Part shown: piece after piece, positions 1-14,138 of the stretch
How positions within the stretch are numbered: position 1 is the first letter of the stretch
Layout: each line of letters starts with the position of its first letter
Assembly: GCF_009914755.1 (NCBI RefSeq)
Contig: NC_060940.1
DNA: 64,000 bases
Source: the human T2T-CHM13v2.0 reference genome, Homo sapiens
Strand: one strand, 5' to 3'
Notes under the pieces: model-generated
What the model saw: only the letters and a program-made list of their open reading frames with translations
Told to the model about the DNA's origin: nothing
Databases searched by the model: none
Translations under genes and position numbers: made by a program

Positions 1-394
1 GTTGCTCAGTTGCCACATGGCAATGGTCGGCCAGCACTTGGGAGGGGCCGCATGCACAGTGTGTTCAGTGAAGTTCTGCACTTGCTCACTTGGGGCGATT
101 TTTCCCTTCTGGTCCAGCGCCCGCAGAGGAAGGTTATGTACGAGTTAAAACTCTGCCATTTTGCCGCCTACTGCGCATGCTTAAGACCTTATCAGGGACT
201 TGAGGTTTGCTGGCTCCAGATGTTTGCTACCTGTTGAGGAAGTTGTTTTCTACCTCTTCGTCTTGGAGCCAGTTGTGACCACTTGTCATTTCAGAGGGAC
301 AGTTTTATGATCTGACCATCACCCTATGACTGCCTGCCATTTCTGGGGGCCCTCTCCTGCCCTGCTCATGTCTGTCTAAATACCTACTCTAACT
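1..394 (-). mobile_element. ERV1 LTR, MER50-like (5' part; runs off the window edge)
   Basis: Reverse complement from 393 reads GTTAGAGTAGGTATTTAGACAGACATGAGCAGGGCAGGAGAGGGCCCCC, matching the remembered start of MER4-group LTRs (MER50); GC-richer than the flank. Confidence 0.7.
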
Positions 395-692
395 TGGTGT
401 CCCATATTTCTCAGAGACTGTTTATTCCCCTCCTCCTAGTCTTTATTCTATTCTCTTAATCTTTATAGACATTAATCTCAGTTTTGGCATCTAGAATTTT
501 CTCACTAGAATATTATATCCATATCACTTTAAACTTGTTTTATTGAAAACAAGATTCCTCATTTCCTGAGAGTCCTAAATACGGAGGATGCCTCAGAAAA
601 TCGTGCTTCCTGGGTTTATATCTTCAGGTTACTTAAAAGTTTGCAAGTTCTCCATGAAGAACAGTGTTCATGAGAAATCTGGTGTTGTGCCA

Positions 693-738
693 CTGTTGTT
701 GCTGTTGCTGCTGTTGCTGCTGTTGTTGCTGCTGATGC
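693..738. repeat. Mixed (CTG/TTG)n trinucleotide repeat
   Basis: ctgttgttgctgttgctgctgttgctgctgttgttgctgctgatg; produces the poly-Leu in ORF 588..848. Confidence 0.9.
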
Positions 739-3169
739 TCCAAGAGTTGTGGCATGCATCTTATTTAGATTATTTTTACTTGTCTGAATTCACCCTATTT
801 CAAAATTATTTTATTCAAATGGATAGGAGAACTTTACATGCTAAATAAAATTATGTGTATTCAAAATATTTTTTATTTTACTTCCAAAATGCTTTATAAA
901 TTATTGTTAAATCTTATTCTTCTGGTGCAAGCAGTTTGTGACCCCATCCCACTTTGCGACTAGCTGACTCATGCTTTTCACTTATTATCTGCAGTCCCAC
1001 ATTCTGAGAAGTCTTCTGATATCCCTCAAGACTAAATTTGATATGCCTTTCTGTTATCTCCAAACTCATGTGATTGCCTTGTGCTTTTCTTTCCAATTAT
1101 TTCTTCTATTTCAGTTGATGAGTCCAAACCTCATAACTTCTCTCTCTCTTCACATCTTTCTACAGATTGGTTTGAGGATGACAGGGTTAAGCCAAGTCAG
1201 ATAAATGAGTAAATAAGAGATGCTGGAGTTTCTGAGCAGGGAAAAGAACTTCCTCTTTTGAAATAAATAAAATATTCAGTAGGATCCAGGCTTGCTGTGT
1301 GCACCACACATGTACAGGGAAACTCATGGCTCCTATTGTTATTAATAACCATATTATAAACATGAGAGAAGACCAGCCAAATAATTAAATAGCTATTCTA
1401 AGAGTAAAAAGCTCTAAGGAACCTAGAACTTTGAAGAAACGTCAAATCATTTTTTTCACTTCCCCTGAAGCCTGTACATCTCTGAATGTCTTCATAAATA
1501 TACTTGGTTATTCAATTATTTGGTTTGGATTTGGTGACACTTATATCTGGAAAAAATATCAAATGATCAAGTTCCCTTACAGGAGTATCATTATTTATTT
1601 CAATTTATGTATATCTTTTTCTCCCAGTATGTTGAAGCTTTTTTGAAGATAGGTATTAAGTCTAGTATAGCTTCCTAATGCCAAAGCCTGGTTATAGAGT
1701 CTAGCAAAAAGTCCTATCTCAATATATATAAATTTGTGTTTTGCCTATACTTGTAGAGATCTAAATTGTGACTCAGAAATATTAACTAACTTCCCAAATA
1801 TCACATAACTCAAAAGCACCGGTCACCAATGTAGTGGTAGTCTCATCTTACCTAAATAACTTTTTTCTGCATTGTGAAATTTTACTTTCTAACTCTGTCT
1901 GTGATACTATAACATTTGTGTGCAGCTTTTCTCTGCACCATAATACTGATCTCATACCCTGAATATCTAGTATGTAGTCTACAATAAATAATAACAAATG
2001 TTTCACAAGTTGAGTCCAATCAAATTGCTTTCTTAGATGATTGCTTTAGAGATGCTTGGAGGGATGACTACTCAGTTATAAATAATTCAAAGCACCCAAT
2101 ATCTATTACACAGCAGACAATGTGCTGGATGGGTAATTTAAATGGGTCCAATGGAATTATCTCTTCAGAAAACTTTGCTTGTTTTCATTCAATATGCAAA
2201 TGCTATCTACATATTTGTGCAGCAAATAATGGATTTACAAACTAGTTTTACATCATCCTTGTTGAATTTTGCCTCTTCAAATAAAAGTACAGATAACATA
2301 GCAGACAAAATTGCCCTTATCTATTGGTCTTTTTCTTAAAGATATATAAATTACAGTAATAAATATTTTCCCCCTCACCATCATCGTTATACAGTAAGTG
2401 ACAACAAGAGACCCAGTGGATTAAAAGACATGTTTGTTTTCAATATTATTTGGATTTCCAGAGACAGTGAAGGATAGGTACAGAGTAGTCAATGAATGAG
2501 TAAAGCATATTAATGTCACATCACCATATTATAGATTTTTAGTTATTAAAATTCACATAATACAGTTTGATCTGAAAAAAAGAGCCCTAGAGAAATTTTT
2601 ATTCAAGCAGTAGTAAAATAAAGGTAGCATATAAGATACATCAGCCTCAGGTAAGTTAAGCAATTTGCCCAAAATTATCCTAGTTAACACTTGCAGAGGG
2701 AGAAGCATAGACCCAGATTTTTTATGTATATACAAAGATTCATATAAACAATATATTTGTGATCGTTAAGTCAAATGCTGTAATTTTTAGGGAGAATATT
2801 GAAGCCAATAGAGGATAACTGTCAGGGAAGAAACTCGTTGATCTAGGAATAGAACCTAAAACACAGAAAGTTATCCATGAAAACAGGAAAGGTAGTTTTT
2901 CAGATAGAAAAAAAAAAAGGATTGTGGAGATAAATTGAGACAATAATCTAGTTTAAATCTGCCAAAACTTAGTATAAATAAAACTGCAAAATGCTTGTTT
3001 GGTTTAAAGTAGAGATGAAATTCAAATAAAATATAATGAACCATTTTAATATGTTCAATTCGCTGGCAGTTAGTAGATTAACAATGTTGTGTAACACAAC
3101 CACTATGAAATGTTTCAGAAAACATTTTCATCTCCCCAGAATAAATAATTATTGAAATCCCATTCTTCT

Positions 3170-3654
3170 TCTTTAATTTAGCTCTTTATTTACAGTTTCT
3201 TTTAGCTCTTTCAACATTTTTAAGAAACTTGATACAAAGTCTTTGTGTAGTAAGCCTAATGCTTGGCCTCCTCAGGGGCAGTTTCTATTCATTTCTCCTC
3301 TTATTGGGCCGTATTTTCTTCTTTCTTTGCATGCTTTATAATTTGTCTTTGAAAATTTGACATTGCAAATGTAATTTCTAACTATAAAAATTATATGATT
3401 CTCCCTTCTTTAGATCTTCAGATTTTCTTTTGTGGTTGTATTTTTTAAAGACTTTTTTGTTTGTTTTTACTGTCCGTATTATTTGTTATGGGTGGTCTCT
3501 GAGGTATATGTTTCTTTATCTCATGTCTAGCTAGTATTTTCTCATAAAATTCCTTGAACCCCTGCAGTGAAAGAAAAAAAAAAGAAGAAAAGATAGATTA
3601 AAAAGACAGATAAATAGCTAGCTAGCTAGCTAGATGATTGATTGATAGATAGAT

Positions 3655-3702
<48 letters not shown>

Positions 3703-4500
3703 GCATACATACTTATATACATGTATCTCTTCTAATCTTTGTAAATTGACATTGTGCTGGAACACTTCTTCAATGCCTAGACAGATCATTTGCAACTCTG
3801 TCTTAGCCTTCTCTTCCTGCTTGTGCACAGCTTAAAGATAAACCACTTGGAAAGCTGAGGGTCATCTCAGGTCTTTTCTGAGCATATGTGTAGCCATGGG
3901 AATGAATGTTGCCTTCTAATTTCTTTGGTATGTGCATGTGCTTTTCAATTACCTAATTTCTAAAGAACAACTCTCTCCGGCTTTCAGCATGGCTATAGTT
4001 TACCTCAGTTGTAATATTTTGCACCAAGTTGCAGTGGATTGTTAATTTACCTTACAATGTTTTTAAAGACTTTCCTCTGCCTAGCTCCTTTTAAACATGA
4101 AAAATTATAAATTAGGCAAAAAAAAAGGCACGTAGCTTGCAGAAGTCCTTTAGGAAATTCCCAGACAGGTTGAAACAGACAAATAAACATAATTTCTTTG
4201 GCATCTCAAGAACTGGGGCCAGAGTACCACACAGGAAATTCAGGATACCATCTTCAAGACCACTGCTGAAGGGAGTAGGACTAGGGCAAGTAAAATGCTG
4301 CAAATATTTTGTATAATTTTTAAGTTACCTTGTTCTTGACTCAGTGTTTACTTGTTTTCTGTAAATGGTTAACTATTTTCCAGCTTTCTGACAAAGTTGA
4401 TTATCTTTTTGTTTCAATTTTTTAGTATGTTTGTGAAAAGATGAACACTTGGATCTGTCAATTTTACATTTTTTTTTGTTTGTTTTTGGCTGACCTCACA
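3170..4500 (-). mobile_element. Old L1 (L1M) 5'/ORF1-region fragment
   Basis: T-rich antisense L1-like text such as aagtctttgtgtagtaagcctaatgcttggcctcctcaggggcagtttctattc; boundaries approximate. Confidence 0.45.
3615..3702. repeat. Compound tetranucleotide STR (TAGC)4 TAGA (TGAT)3 (AGAT)2 AGAA (AGAT)11
   Basis: Read directly from the sequence. Confidence 0.95.
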
Positions 4501-4576
4501 CTCCACAATGACTTTTTGCTTGGAATGCCCAGGTTATATATAATGCTCACAGTCCTTAGACTTTACAAATAGCTGA

Positions 4577-4890
<314 letters not shown>

Positions 4891-6629
4891 TGAAAAATAA
4901 ACTTTTAGAAGAAAGTCTAGCTATGTAGAAATTTTGTCTATTCAGAATATGTTTATTTGAAAGCAAAAAAGTGACTGATCAACAAAGGTTTAAATATTGA
5001 AGTCATTAATTATCCTGCATTCGTGTGTGTGCCATCTGCATGTACACACACATACAGACTCCAGACATATTGAATATTCTGCCGTTTCTTAAGGAAGTTA
5101 TTAAAATCATGGACTCTATCTTCTGGCTTTGCCACATGCTGCATCCACTTTCCAAACAGTTAAATTATGTTGACTCCTTGCACTTAAAAATGTCATTTCA
5201 TCATTTCAAAATGGTTCCTGCAGCTTCTTACACAACAGGTTATAAGTAGTAATAAAGAGGAAAAGATAAAAAGTTTTCAGTTAATAAAGTTCTGTCTTTT
5301 ATACAGGAATTTAAAATAATATTGAAGCTTTAAACTAGACTTCCATGTATGACCCATTGGCCAGAAATTGATCTCATGCTTATTCCCATTATGTTCTCAA
5401 GGACTAGGGAGGCAATGTGGTTATGATGACTAGTTCTTGTCACTGATGAGTTATCTAATGCACAGTAAGCAGAGATTCATTTCTTTGGAAATAAATGGGA
5501 ATGTGTAAGAGAAATAATTCGTAGAGAAGAATGGTAGATGAAAATATAATGCCTAACCCAGAAAGTGTTTAACACATATGCCTTTTGTGGATAAGATGGC
5601 AAAGATTACAGTTCACAGAATCCTTAGTTTTCAATTGACATATAAATTACCTAGTATTTCTCATTTGGAGAGAAAGTACAATTTTGACGCGAATACATTT
5701 TTCAGAAAAGAAAATGTAAATTAGAATATATTTTAAAGTATGTGGATATTCAGTAAAATGTAAAATACATTCTGTAGGTAATAAATACAAGAGGAAAAGC
5801 ACTATGAAAAATGGTCAATTTAAGTAGAAAATAAAAGAAGGAAATAAATGTGGCAAAAATAAAATTAAAATATGTAAAAATGAGTAAAATAATGAATTGT
5901 TAAATTAATTGTAAATGGATTAGAATTGCATATCAAAAGCCACTGATGGTGCTAAAATTTTTCATAATTCACAAATCTTTCAAGTTAAAAAATAACACAT
6001 TTCAATGATTGAATAATATAGGCAAACAATAAACAAAGCTAAATTAGTTTTATAAAATTAATTTAATATTCAAGTTAAAAGCCTAGAAAAATAATTTGGA
6101 AAACTCAAATAATTGAGAAGAAAGAGTTAAGGCAGTTAGAGCGGATATTAATGTAATGAAAATAATAAAAATATAAAAATAGGCAATGCACAATCCAGTT
6201 CTTCCCCAAAAATAAAAACATATATATTTTACCTGAATTTATTTGAAGGAAACAGTAATCTTCAAACAAAATTCCTATTTTAACAAAAAATGAGATTTTA
6301 TTTCACATCCTACATGTTAATTAAAATTAGTGGCCTGAAAATACAAAGTAATGTGGGAAATTTTGCTTACTATTTATGAGAGTATAAACTGAGTTAACTA
6401 TTTTGCAGAGATATTTGAATCTAACACATGAAAAAGAAGATATTTAACATTCTTAATACCCATAAAATAAGAAAAATAACTTAAATCCTCATTAATAACA
6501 AATCAGTACATTCTGTGTGTGCCTATATGTGTGTGTTTTCTTGTCATCAACCATGTTGAAGAATCTATATAAATTAACAGTGCCATATTCCTTATATATT
6601 ACTACTTTTACTTTTATGCAACATCCCTT

Positions 6630-6931
6630 CAAAACATTATGCTAAGTAATATAATCCAGACACAAAAAATATAACTTGTATGATCACACATGTGAGATAT
6701 CTAGAATAGTCAAGTTCACAGAAACAGAATGTAGAATAAGGTGATGAGAGGCTGAGAAGAAGGCAGAATGAGGACAACTGCTTAATCGCTACAGAGCTTC
6801 TGTTTGGGTTGACTAAAAATTTTGGAAACTGATGATAATGATGATTGCACAATAATGTGACTATAATTAATGTCAGTATACTTAAAAATCATTAATTGGT
6901 AAATTTTGTATTTTACCACAATTGAAAAAAA
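6630..6931 (+). mobile_element. Old L1 (L1MB/ME-type) 3' end
   Basis: aaaacattatgctaagt...atctagaatagtcaagttcacagaaacagaatgtagaat...ttttaccacaattgaaaaaaa is typical of L1M 3' UTRs. Confidence 0.75.
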
Positions 6932-7081
6932 TGTCACTCAATGTGAACAATTTTGGCCATTTGGATAAATTTGACAATAGAGACATTGCTGATTTAAATA
7001 ATTGAGGAGGTGCCATATATTTCTAAAATAAGATACATATGTGTTATTTTATATATAAGAACATAAAAATACATGTATATA

Positions 7082-7310
7082 AGAATGGTCCCCAACTTAT
7101 GGTGGTTTGACATACTATTTTTCTACTTTATTGTGGTGCGAAATCCATATGCATTCAGTAGAAACCATACTTTGGGTACCCTTACAACCATTCTGTTTTT
7201 CACTTTCGCTACAACATTCAATATACTACATGAGATTTTCAACACTTTATTACAAAATAGGCTTTTCATTAGATTCTTTTGCCAAACTGTTGGCTAATGT
7301 AAATGTCCAT
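7082..7310 (-). mobile_element. MER47A (TcMar-Tigger) partial
   Basis: atggtccccaacttatggtggtttgac...gcattcagtagaaaccatacttt...aacactttattacaaaataggc matches the reverse complement of the remembered MER47A consensus. Confidence 0.75.
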
Positions 7311-7959
7311 CTGTAACCATGTCAGAGTGACAATATGACAATCAAAATAAAAGATGTGATTTTATTGTTTTCTTTAACATTTAACAATCACTATAAAAGG
7401 AAACACACTTTATTGTGAGTCAGGTGACCTAAATTTTTCTTTATTTTGCCACCAATTTGTTATGAGACAAAAGGCAAATAGCTTAACTCTCAGAGCTAAA
7501 ACCCTTTCTCTAACATGAAATGTTGAACAAACATCACTGACTACTGTGGAATATGCCATATTCTCCAGGAGTTTAAAGTTACATAATTATATTTATCGTA
7601 AGAGAAAAAATTAATACAGCAAAGTTTTGTGAAAATATGTACACATTTTGTACAGTTATCTTCTGAGAGTGCATATTATGAATCAGATGTACAAAGAAAG
7701 AGAAAAATAAGAAAGAAAAAAAGAACTCCATTTACATTACCATACTTTTGACTCATATCACTAGCCACATGTGCTAGTTTTTCAAGTACTTTTGAAAAAC
7801 TCAGAGACAAATTAGCTTCTTTATAAGCCAGAGGGCCAAATTACATGAGGAAACTGTTATGGACTCCATACGTAAAGGGGTGTTCTCTTAGTAAAAATAT
7901 GTAAGCAGCTTCCTTGGAAGCTACAGCTATGTTCTTTGTTAATAACGTAGAAGTATGAA

Positions 7960-8340
7960 TTGTTGTCACAAAAAATCTGCATAAAAAAACAAACACATTG
8001 ACTCAATGGCATATAAGAATAATTTATTACTGAGTTATAGACCTGAAGATCAACTAGTGTGGCTCTGTTCCATGTATGTCATTATGAGGATTAGATTGGA
8101 GGAGCAGCAGCTACTCATGACATATTTTAAGGCAGTGGAAAAGGCTCAAGAGAGTAAGCCAAAATGCACAATTTACATATTTCTGTTAACATTCCATTGA
8201 CCTAAACAAGTCACATGGCCAAGCCCAGTCTCCCAGGCTGGCTGGTGTACTCTTTGAACCATAAGACCATGGCAAGGATGTGGATTTACAATATTACCAA
8301 GGAAGCTGAAATGATTAGGTCCAATAATTAAATCTATCGT
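7960..8340 (-). mobile_element. MLT1 (ERVL-MaLR) LTR
   Basis: MLT1 hallmark aacattccattgacctaaacaagtcacatggccaagccca. Confidence 0.7.
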
Positions 8341-8639
8341 GTATGAAGAAGGGATACTAGTATCACACACTTTTTTTAGATTGTATTTAAGGTCCAAATC
8401 TAAAGCTTTCTCAATGAACAGTTTTAGATGAAATATTGCTTAAGACATAAATATTAACGTGCCTCATAAATAAAATTAATATTCATTGAGTACTTATTAT
8501 GTTCTCTTTAATGTAAATGGCATTTATCAAAGATTTGTATGCTTTCCAATAACTCTGCAGGCAGGCCTTTTATTGTCTTTTTTGAGATGAGAAAATAGAC
8601 AATATAATTTTAAGTGACCAATTTAGAGAAATAGAATAT

Positions 8640-8860
8640 CTCAACATGTGTCAGGCAACGATCTCAATTTTTTTAACATGATCTAACTCATTTAATATGT
8701 ATTAAACGTTTTTGAGGCAAGTGTCATTATCGCCCCTCTTTGGTTCATAAATAAATTGAGGCATAGAGAAGTTAAATGCCTTCTCAAGATTACTCAGGTA
8801 GCAAATCACTGAGTCAGGATTTAACCACAGGCAATGTGGCTACTGAATATGAGTTTGAAA
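8640..8860 (-). mobile_element. MIR SINE
   Basis: Core aaattgaggcatagagaagttaaatgccttctcaagattactcaggtagcaaat...caggatttaa. Confidence 0.7.
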
Positions 8861-9430
8861 ACACAATGCAGGAGGTAGACTGGTCAAGATTCAAATACAT
8901 AATCATCTTCCTTAAAAGCAAAGCAAAGAGCAACAAGTTGACAAGGACGTGAGGTAATTTTAATTTTGTCAAGTTTTTGTACGGATGAAAAGCAAATATT
9001 ATGCATCATAAAGTATCCGAATCTTTTGAGGAATTAAAAAAAATTTTGAAGATGATGATTGTAAAGAAAAGCCATCAACACAATTGGAATGATTATACCT
9101 TTCTTTCTGTCTCTTTGTGTCAAAATAATAAAGTTCATTTTTGCTTTAATATTTAAAAAAAATAGAGGGACTTGTAGTTTCTTGCTATGTTGCTCTAACA
9201 ATGAGAGTGTAGGAAAATATCAATTGCTGATCTCTGTATCCTGAGTAGGAAATCCCCCACTTCACTTGATGTCTGGGATCAGTGCCTAGTTTTGAAGCTA
9301 GACACCTGCTGTGATTGATACCTGGAGGTATGAGGTACAGATGTATTGTAGCATATATAAGGGGTGCAGGAGCCCTGGGCAATGTCATCCGACTTCTCAC
9401 AGGTTCACAATTGGACAGTATATATTTTAT

Positions 9431-9518
9431 ACACACACACACACACACACATATAAAAACACAATTTATGTATGTATATGTTTACATATATACATACATA
9501 CACACACACATATATATA
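9431..9518. repeat. (CA)n/(TA)n microsatellite cluster
   Basis: Visible (AC)10 followed by mixed TA/CA runs. Confidence 0.85.
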
Positions 9519-9849
9519 GTGTCATTTTGATGGATGGGTTGCCATAGGAACAAAATGTGAAATGTCAGCATGGAGGGTTCATATTTAACCCATTCCCTGC
9601 CAGTCACATACTATAGTTCCCTGAATAATAATAAGCTAACAGCAGCAATCTTAATTATAAAATAATAATAGCTACCATTATACTAAGCATACTATAGGAA
9701 ATATCTCTTTTAATCGCTCAACAACTCTTTAATTTGCTATTGATATACCTCTTTCACTGATGAGAAACCTATATCTAAGAATTACATTATCAAGAACATG
9801 CAGCTAGTAGATATTGACCAAAGTCTGGAAGAACAAGTTTAAGTAGCCT

Positions 9850-10337
9850 TGTGGATGGTAGACATAGCTGACAACAATAACCTAACTTAAGTAGACTCCA
9901 AGAATGACCCTGAATAGAAGATGCACCTGAATGTTGTGTGCTTAGAGTTCCAACCTAAGGAATCTGAGAATAGTCAACTCAGAGTATCTATGAGGATTAT
10001 CTGAGCTCCTGGCCTGTTCTGTGAATGGTGGGACATACAAGAGAGCCAAGCTCTTTGTTTTGGGTTAAATGAAGGTTGCCAGCTGGAGGTTGTTAGGAGA
10101 GGGTGCTAAGTGAAAATGCCATATAAAGTGCATGCTTTTTGCAAGCAACTATGGTACTCTTGCCCCGCCGATCACCACTGGGCTATGTGGTTCCCCTGTC
10201 CAGCGTGCCTACACTGGATCTCCCTGTCTGTAAGTCTCCTGCTAATAAAACGTATGTCTCCTTTGTTGGCTCTGGGTCTCTTCTTAGGCCTTCTCAGCTT
10301 GGCATCATCCCTGTGGGAGCTAACAGGGGGCACAACA
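9850..10337 (+). mobile_element. Solo ERVL-class LTR (LTR32/LTR47-like) interrupting a MIR-like fragment
   Basis: TG...CA termini (tgtggatgg...gcacaaca), TATAAA at about 10122, AATAAA at 10244, and U5-like ggctctgggtctcttcttaggcc. Confidence 0.75.
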
Positions 10338-10659
10338 ACTTTTATGCTATGCTATGCCACATCCTATAGGTGAACCATAATCTCTTAGCTCTTGGTGTTA
10401 GCACATGATATTTCTCTGGTGGTTAATTTCCTCCTTTATCTCCCACTACCTCTTTATCATGAGCAATTTAACATTACCTCTAATATGCATTTCAACTTAC
10501 CATAAGACTGGGTTACCTGTTTCTTATACCTGTTAATATTCCTTAGCTTCCCTGCGAGAAATAAGTTCCTTGACAGCAGGCACTATGTCAACATTGTAAC
10601 TTCTGTGCATTATAAGTAGTGGCTTAACCCATACATTTTAAGTACACTACTACCATGGA

Positions 10660-10900
10660 ATTACGATGGCAGCTATTACATAAATCCTTGCCATGATCCA
10701 TGTCAGTAACATACTTGTCTCTAATTCTCATAACAGTCCAGCAAAGGAAGCATTTTTTAACATTATTTTACTACTGCTGTGATGACTATTTATATCAGCA
10801 CTTTATAAATGAGAGTATAGAAGCTCAGAGAGGTTAAGTAACTAATTCTCGTTCACAGTACTCATAATTGACAAAGCTAAACAAATTTGGTAACTCCGAA
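10660..10900 (-). mobile_element. MIR SINE
   Basis: ctttataaatgagagtatagaagctcagagaggttaagtaact core. Confidence 0.7.
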
Positions 10901-11709
10901 TGCTATCAAAATGGCCTTTGGATTTGCCCTACTAATGTCAAGTGATTTAACCACGATGCTTTTAATTTTGCTTGAATTGCTTCTGTTGCCCTGTTTTAGC
11001 CCTAAGTTGGTGCTATTGGGAGAGAGAAGAGAGAATCTCTGTTACAAGATCCTTTGTGAAAGCAGTCTAAACTTTTATGTCCTCCTGCAGTTTCCTGTAT
11101 TTGCATAATTATTTTGGCTCTGCTGCCCCTATTGAATATCTCTCCCTCTCTCTTCCTAAAGTTCAAGAACAGGGGCAGATGCCCATGTGCACACTCCATT
11201 CAGGAGTAGCCCTTGGCCACCTTATTTCTGGGTAGCTTTTGTTGTGCTCATCTGTTCAGGAAGCCTGACTGTACAAGGGCTCATTTGCTGGTTAATTGCA
11301 TTCTCAGCTCCTCTAAGAATGTCGGCACACCTGCTCTCCACTTCACTGTCTCTTTTGATCTCTCTTGAAATACTCAACTTTGATTATGTGAAAATCTTCT
11401 GTAACTGTAATACGTGCCTGGAAAGCAACTAAAACCTTCCATTGTGACTATTTTGACCTGAAAAAGAGGCTATTTTAGGGCCTGTGTGTGGTGACAAGAT
11501 AAAACAAAAGAAAATAATGTATCTTATTGTCTCCATAATCCAGTTCAGGAAGTAGGATTTGATTCATCTGATGTTTGGTAAATTTTAAACAGATGTGAAT
11601 TGCAGAGTAAACACATCTTTAACAGGTTTTTAAACAGTGGTCTACCATAAATTTCTATTTTTCCAAGCAATTTTTTTATTTATGTACTTATCTTTATTTT
11701 ATTAAAAAA

Positions 11710-11958
11710 GTTTTTTAGAGACAGGGTCTTCCTCTGTGGAGGGCAGTGGTGCCATCATAGCTTATTTTAACCTGGAATTCCTGGGCTCAAGCAATCTCCC
11801 ACCTCAGCTCCCTGAGAAGCTGTGATTACAAGTGTGTGCCATCATGACTGGTTAATTTATTTTGCAGAGATGGGGTCTCACTATGTTGCCCAGGCTGGTC
11901 TTGAACTCCTGGCCTCCCAAAGTGCTGAGATTGTGGGCACAAGCCACCACACCCATGC
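11710..11958 (-). mobile_element. AluJ with internal deletions
   Basis: agagacagggtct...cctgggctcaagcaatc...gagatggggtctcactatgttgcccaggctggtc. The left arm jumps from ctcctggcctc to ccaaagtg, a deletion across a GGCCTC microhomology. Confidence 0.9.
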
Positions 11959-14138
11959 TAAGCAATAATTTATTACTTCTAGGAAATTGAGGAAAACACA
12001 AATATAACTTTATTTTTAAATAAATAATACAGGTGAAAAAGAAACCAAATGAGAAAAAATAATCATAAAGCAATCAACACTGTCCTCAGAACAATCCTAT
12101 GGAGCCAAATAAACCTATGCTGGAATTGTCATCTATTTGTTTTTTTGATTTTTATATAAACTTTTCTAACATCACTAATTCCATTTGTATTCTCAATTGT
12201 TCATGTCTGAGTTCTCTCACCCTATTCCACTTTTCTCCACATGCCCACTAGACAAGTATTCCTTTTACAGAAAAGCATTGTATTAGTGTCCGTTATACAT
12301 TTTAGAAATCATTCAATGATCCCTCCATCTCAGGGCTTGGTACAAAGTGGGACCTCAATAATTGTTTTAGGAACAACAGAAAAGATACTCAATTACCAAG
12401 GATTAGGTATATACTATTTCATTTATTTATCAAGACATCTTGAACATCTATTATGCGTGAGACACTATGCTCAATGCTAAAATGGTAACTTAGGGCAATT
12501 TAAAAAGTCACCAAAGGTTGTCAAAAAGCCTTTACATTGCTATTGCTTAAATTTCTTATTAGGTATTCATGTCCAGTTATGAAGACAACTTAAGTATTTA
12601 CATACTTATATGTAAATATATGTTGCTTTCTAAATTACAATAGCAATGTTGGTGACTGGAGCACACAAAAGGACATTTCTGTGAGGATTGTCATTGCACT
12701 TAACAAGTACCTCATGAAAAATATCCTTTTTATTCATGAGGTGGTTCAGATGGGTTAGAGAAGGTAAATGTTTTATGTATACCATCTCGGCAATACTTGT
12801 AAAATGAAATAATTGTGAAAGTTTGTGTTATTCTCTTTCTTTGGCAAAGAGAGTTCAATATATTCATCACATCATTAAATCTTAGGATTAGAAGGGATAT
12901 TGGAAAGCAGTGAGTTCAACTGCTCTCTGATATTTGAATTTCGACCACACCCATAATTTGAATACTCTGGCGACAGTCAAAACCCACTAACTTGTAATTC
13001 AGCCTGTTCTAGTTTGTGTCAGTTTGTTCAAGAAATTTTGATTTCTTCCTTTTATTGCCAGTTCTAACTTGACATTGTTTACATATGAAGATGACAAAGA
13101 TATTTTATAAGACTTCGGATATCATGTTCATTCTAGAAGCTCTAAGATTCTACTTCTACCCCCAAATAAATGTTGCTAAATTTGATTCAAGTACTTTTAA
13201 AAAGGAAATAGTTTTCTGGCTGGAAACAGACCTTTCATTGTTTAAGCTCCTTTACAGTTTACTGAAATAATATAACCATCAATGGGAATTTACACTTTCA
13301 ATTTTAGATTAACCAGATTTTTTATAAGGTGACTATCCAAAGTCATTAAACTAATAGTTGTTATATCTCTAACACACTTATTTTCCTCCCAGAGGTAATG
13401 CATCTTATTTCCCTTTGGCACATGGTTCTCTCTTGTTCTTTCAGAGTTTCTAATTAGGCCATCTGTTTCAAAATTAGTCAAGCATTGGGAATGGATTTAG
13501 TTTTGTTTGTATTTGCTTGTCTGTTTTATTTTCATTGATGACATTTTCAAGATGGCTTCCTCTTCTGGTAACCCGAGACCATTCGTTGCTCTTTTGAATG
13601 AAGATAAAGATCTTTCTCAATCACTATTCTTTTCTACAGACATCAAGTGAAATGTGGGTCATCCCATTTCTCATTCAATAAAAAACTTTTTGCAAGAGTG
13701 TCTAAAATGTTATATGGAAAACAAAAAAGAGGCAAGAGGCTTCACATAACGTCAGCTGGGTACACAGGAAAGAACAGAGTAAATCTTAGTCATTTTTGAG
13801 AAGACAGTTATTTGACTTGTTTACAAAATAATATGACCTTTTCTCCTCTTTAAATATTATGAAGTTGAAAAGTTACTTAATATGGCTATATATTTTTACC
13901 TACCCACGTGCAGTGGAAAGAGGTAGAGATTGAAATTCATGATGCTGACTGTTAGGGCACTTTCATAGTATCTGCCTGAACTTGGTCAGGTTACTTCAAC
14001 TCTTGACTCCTCAATTTCTCTATTAGGAGAGATGAGGGGTACATGGTTTTCTCTGAGCTCATCTGAAGGTACCTCTCACTATCTGTCTCTCAGGGCTACT
14101 TTAATAATTATATCAGCTTAATTTTTTTTAAATGTTGC

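Noticed and set aside
588-848. 86-aa ORF with poly-Leu resembling a signal or membrane peptide
   Set aside because: The hydrophobic stretch is just the CTG/TTG microsatellite; no exon structure or homology.
11090-11110. Octamer ATTTGCAT next to TTTCCTG (octamers also near 29145, 30725 and 56951)
   Set aside because: Several hits are expected by chance in 64 kb of AT-rich DNA; no SOX-OCT composite or other support.
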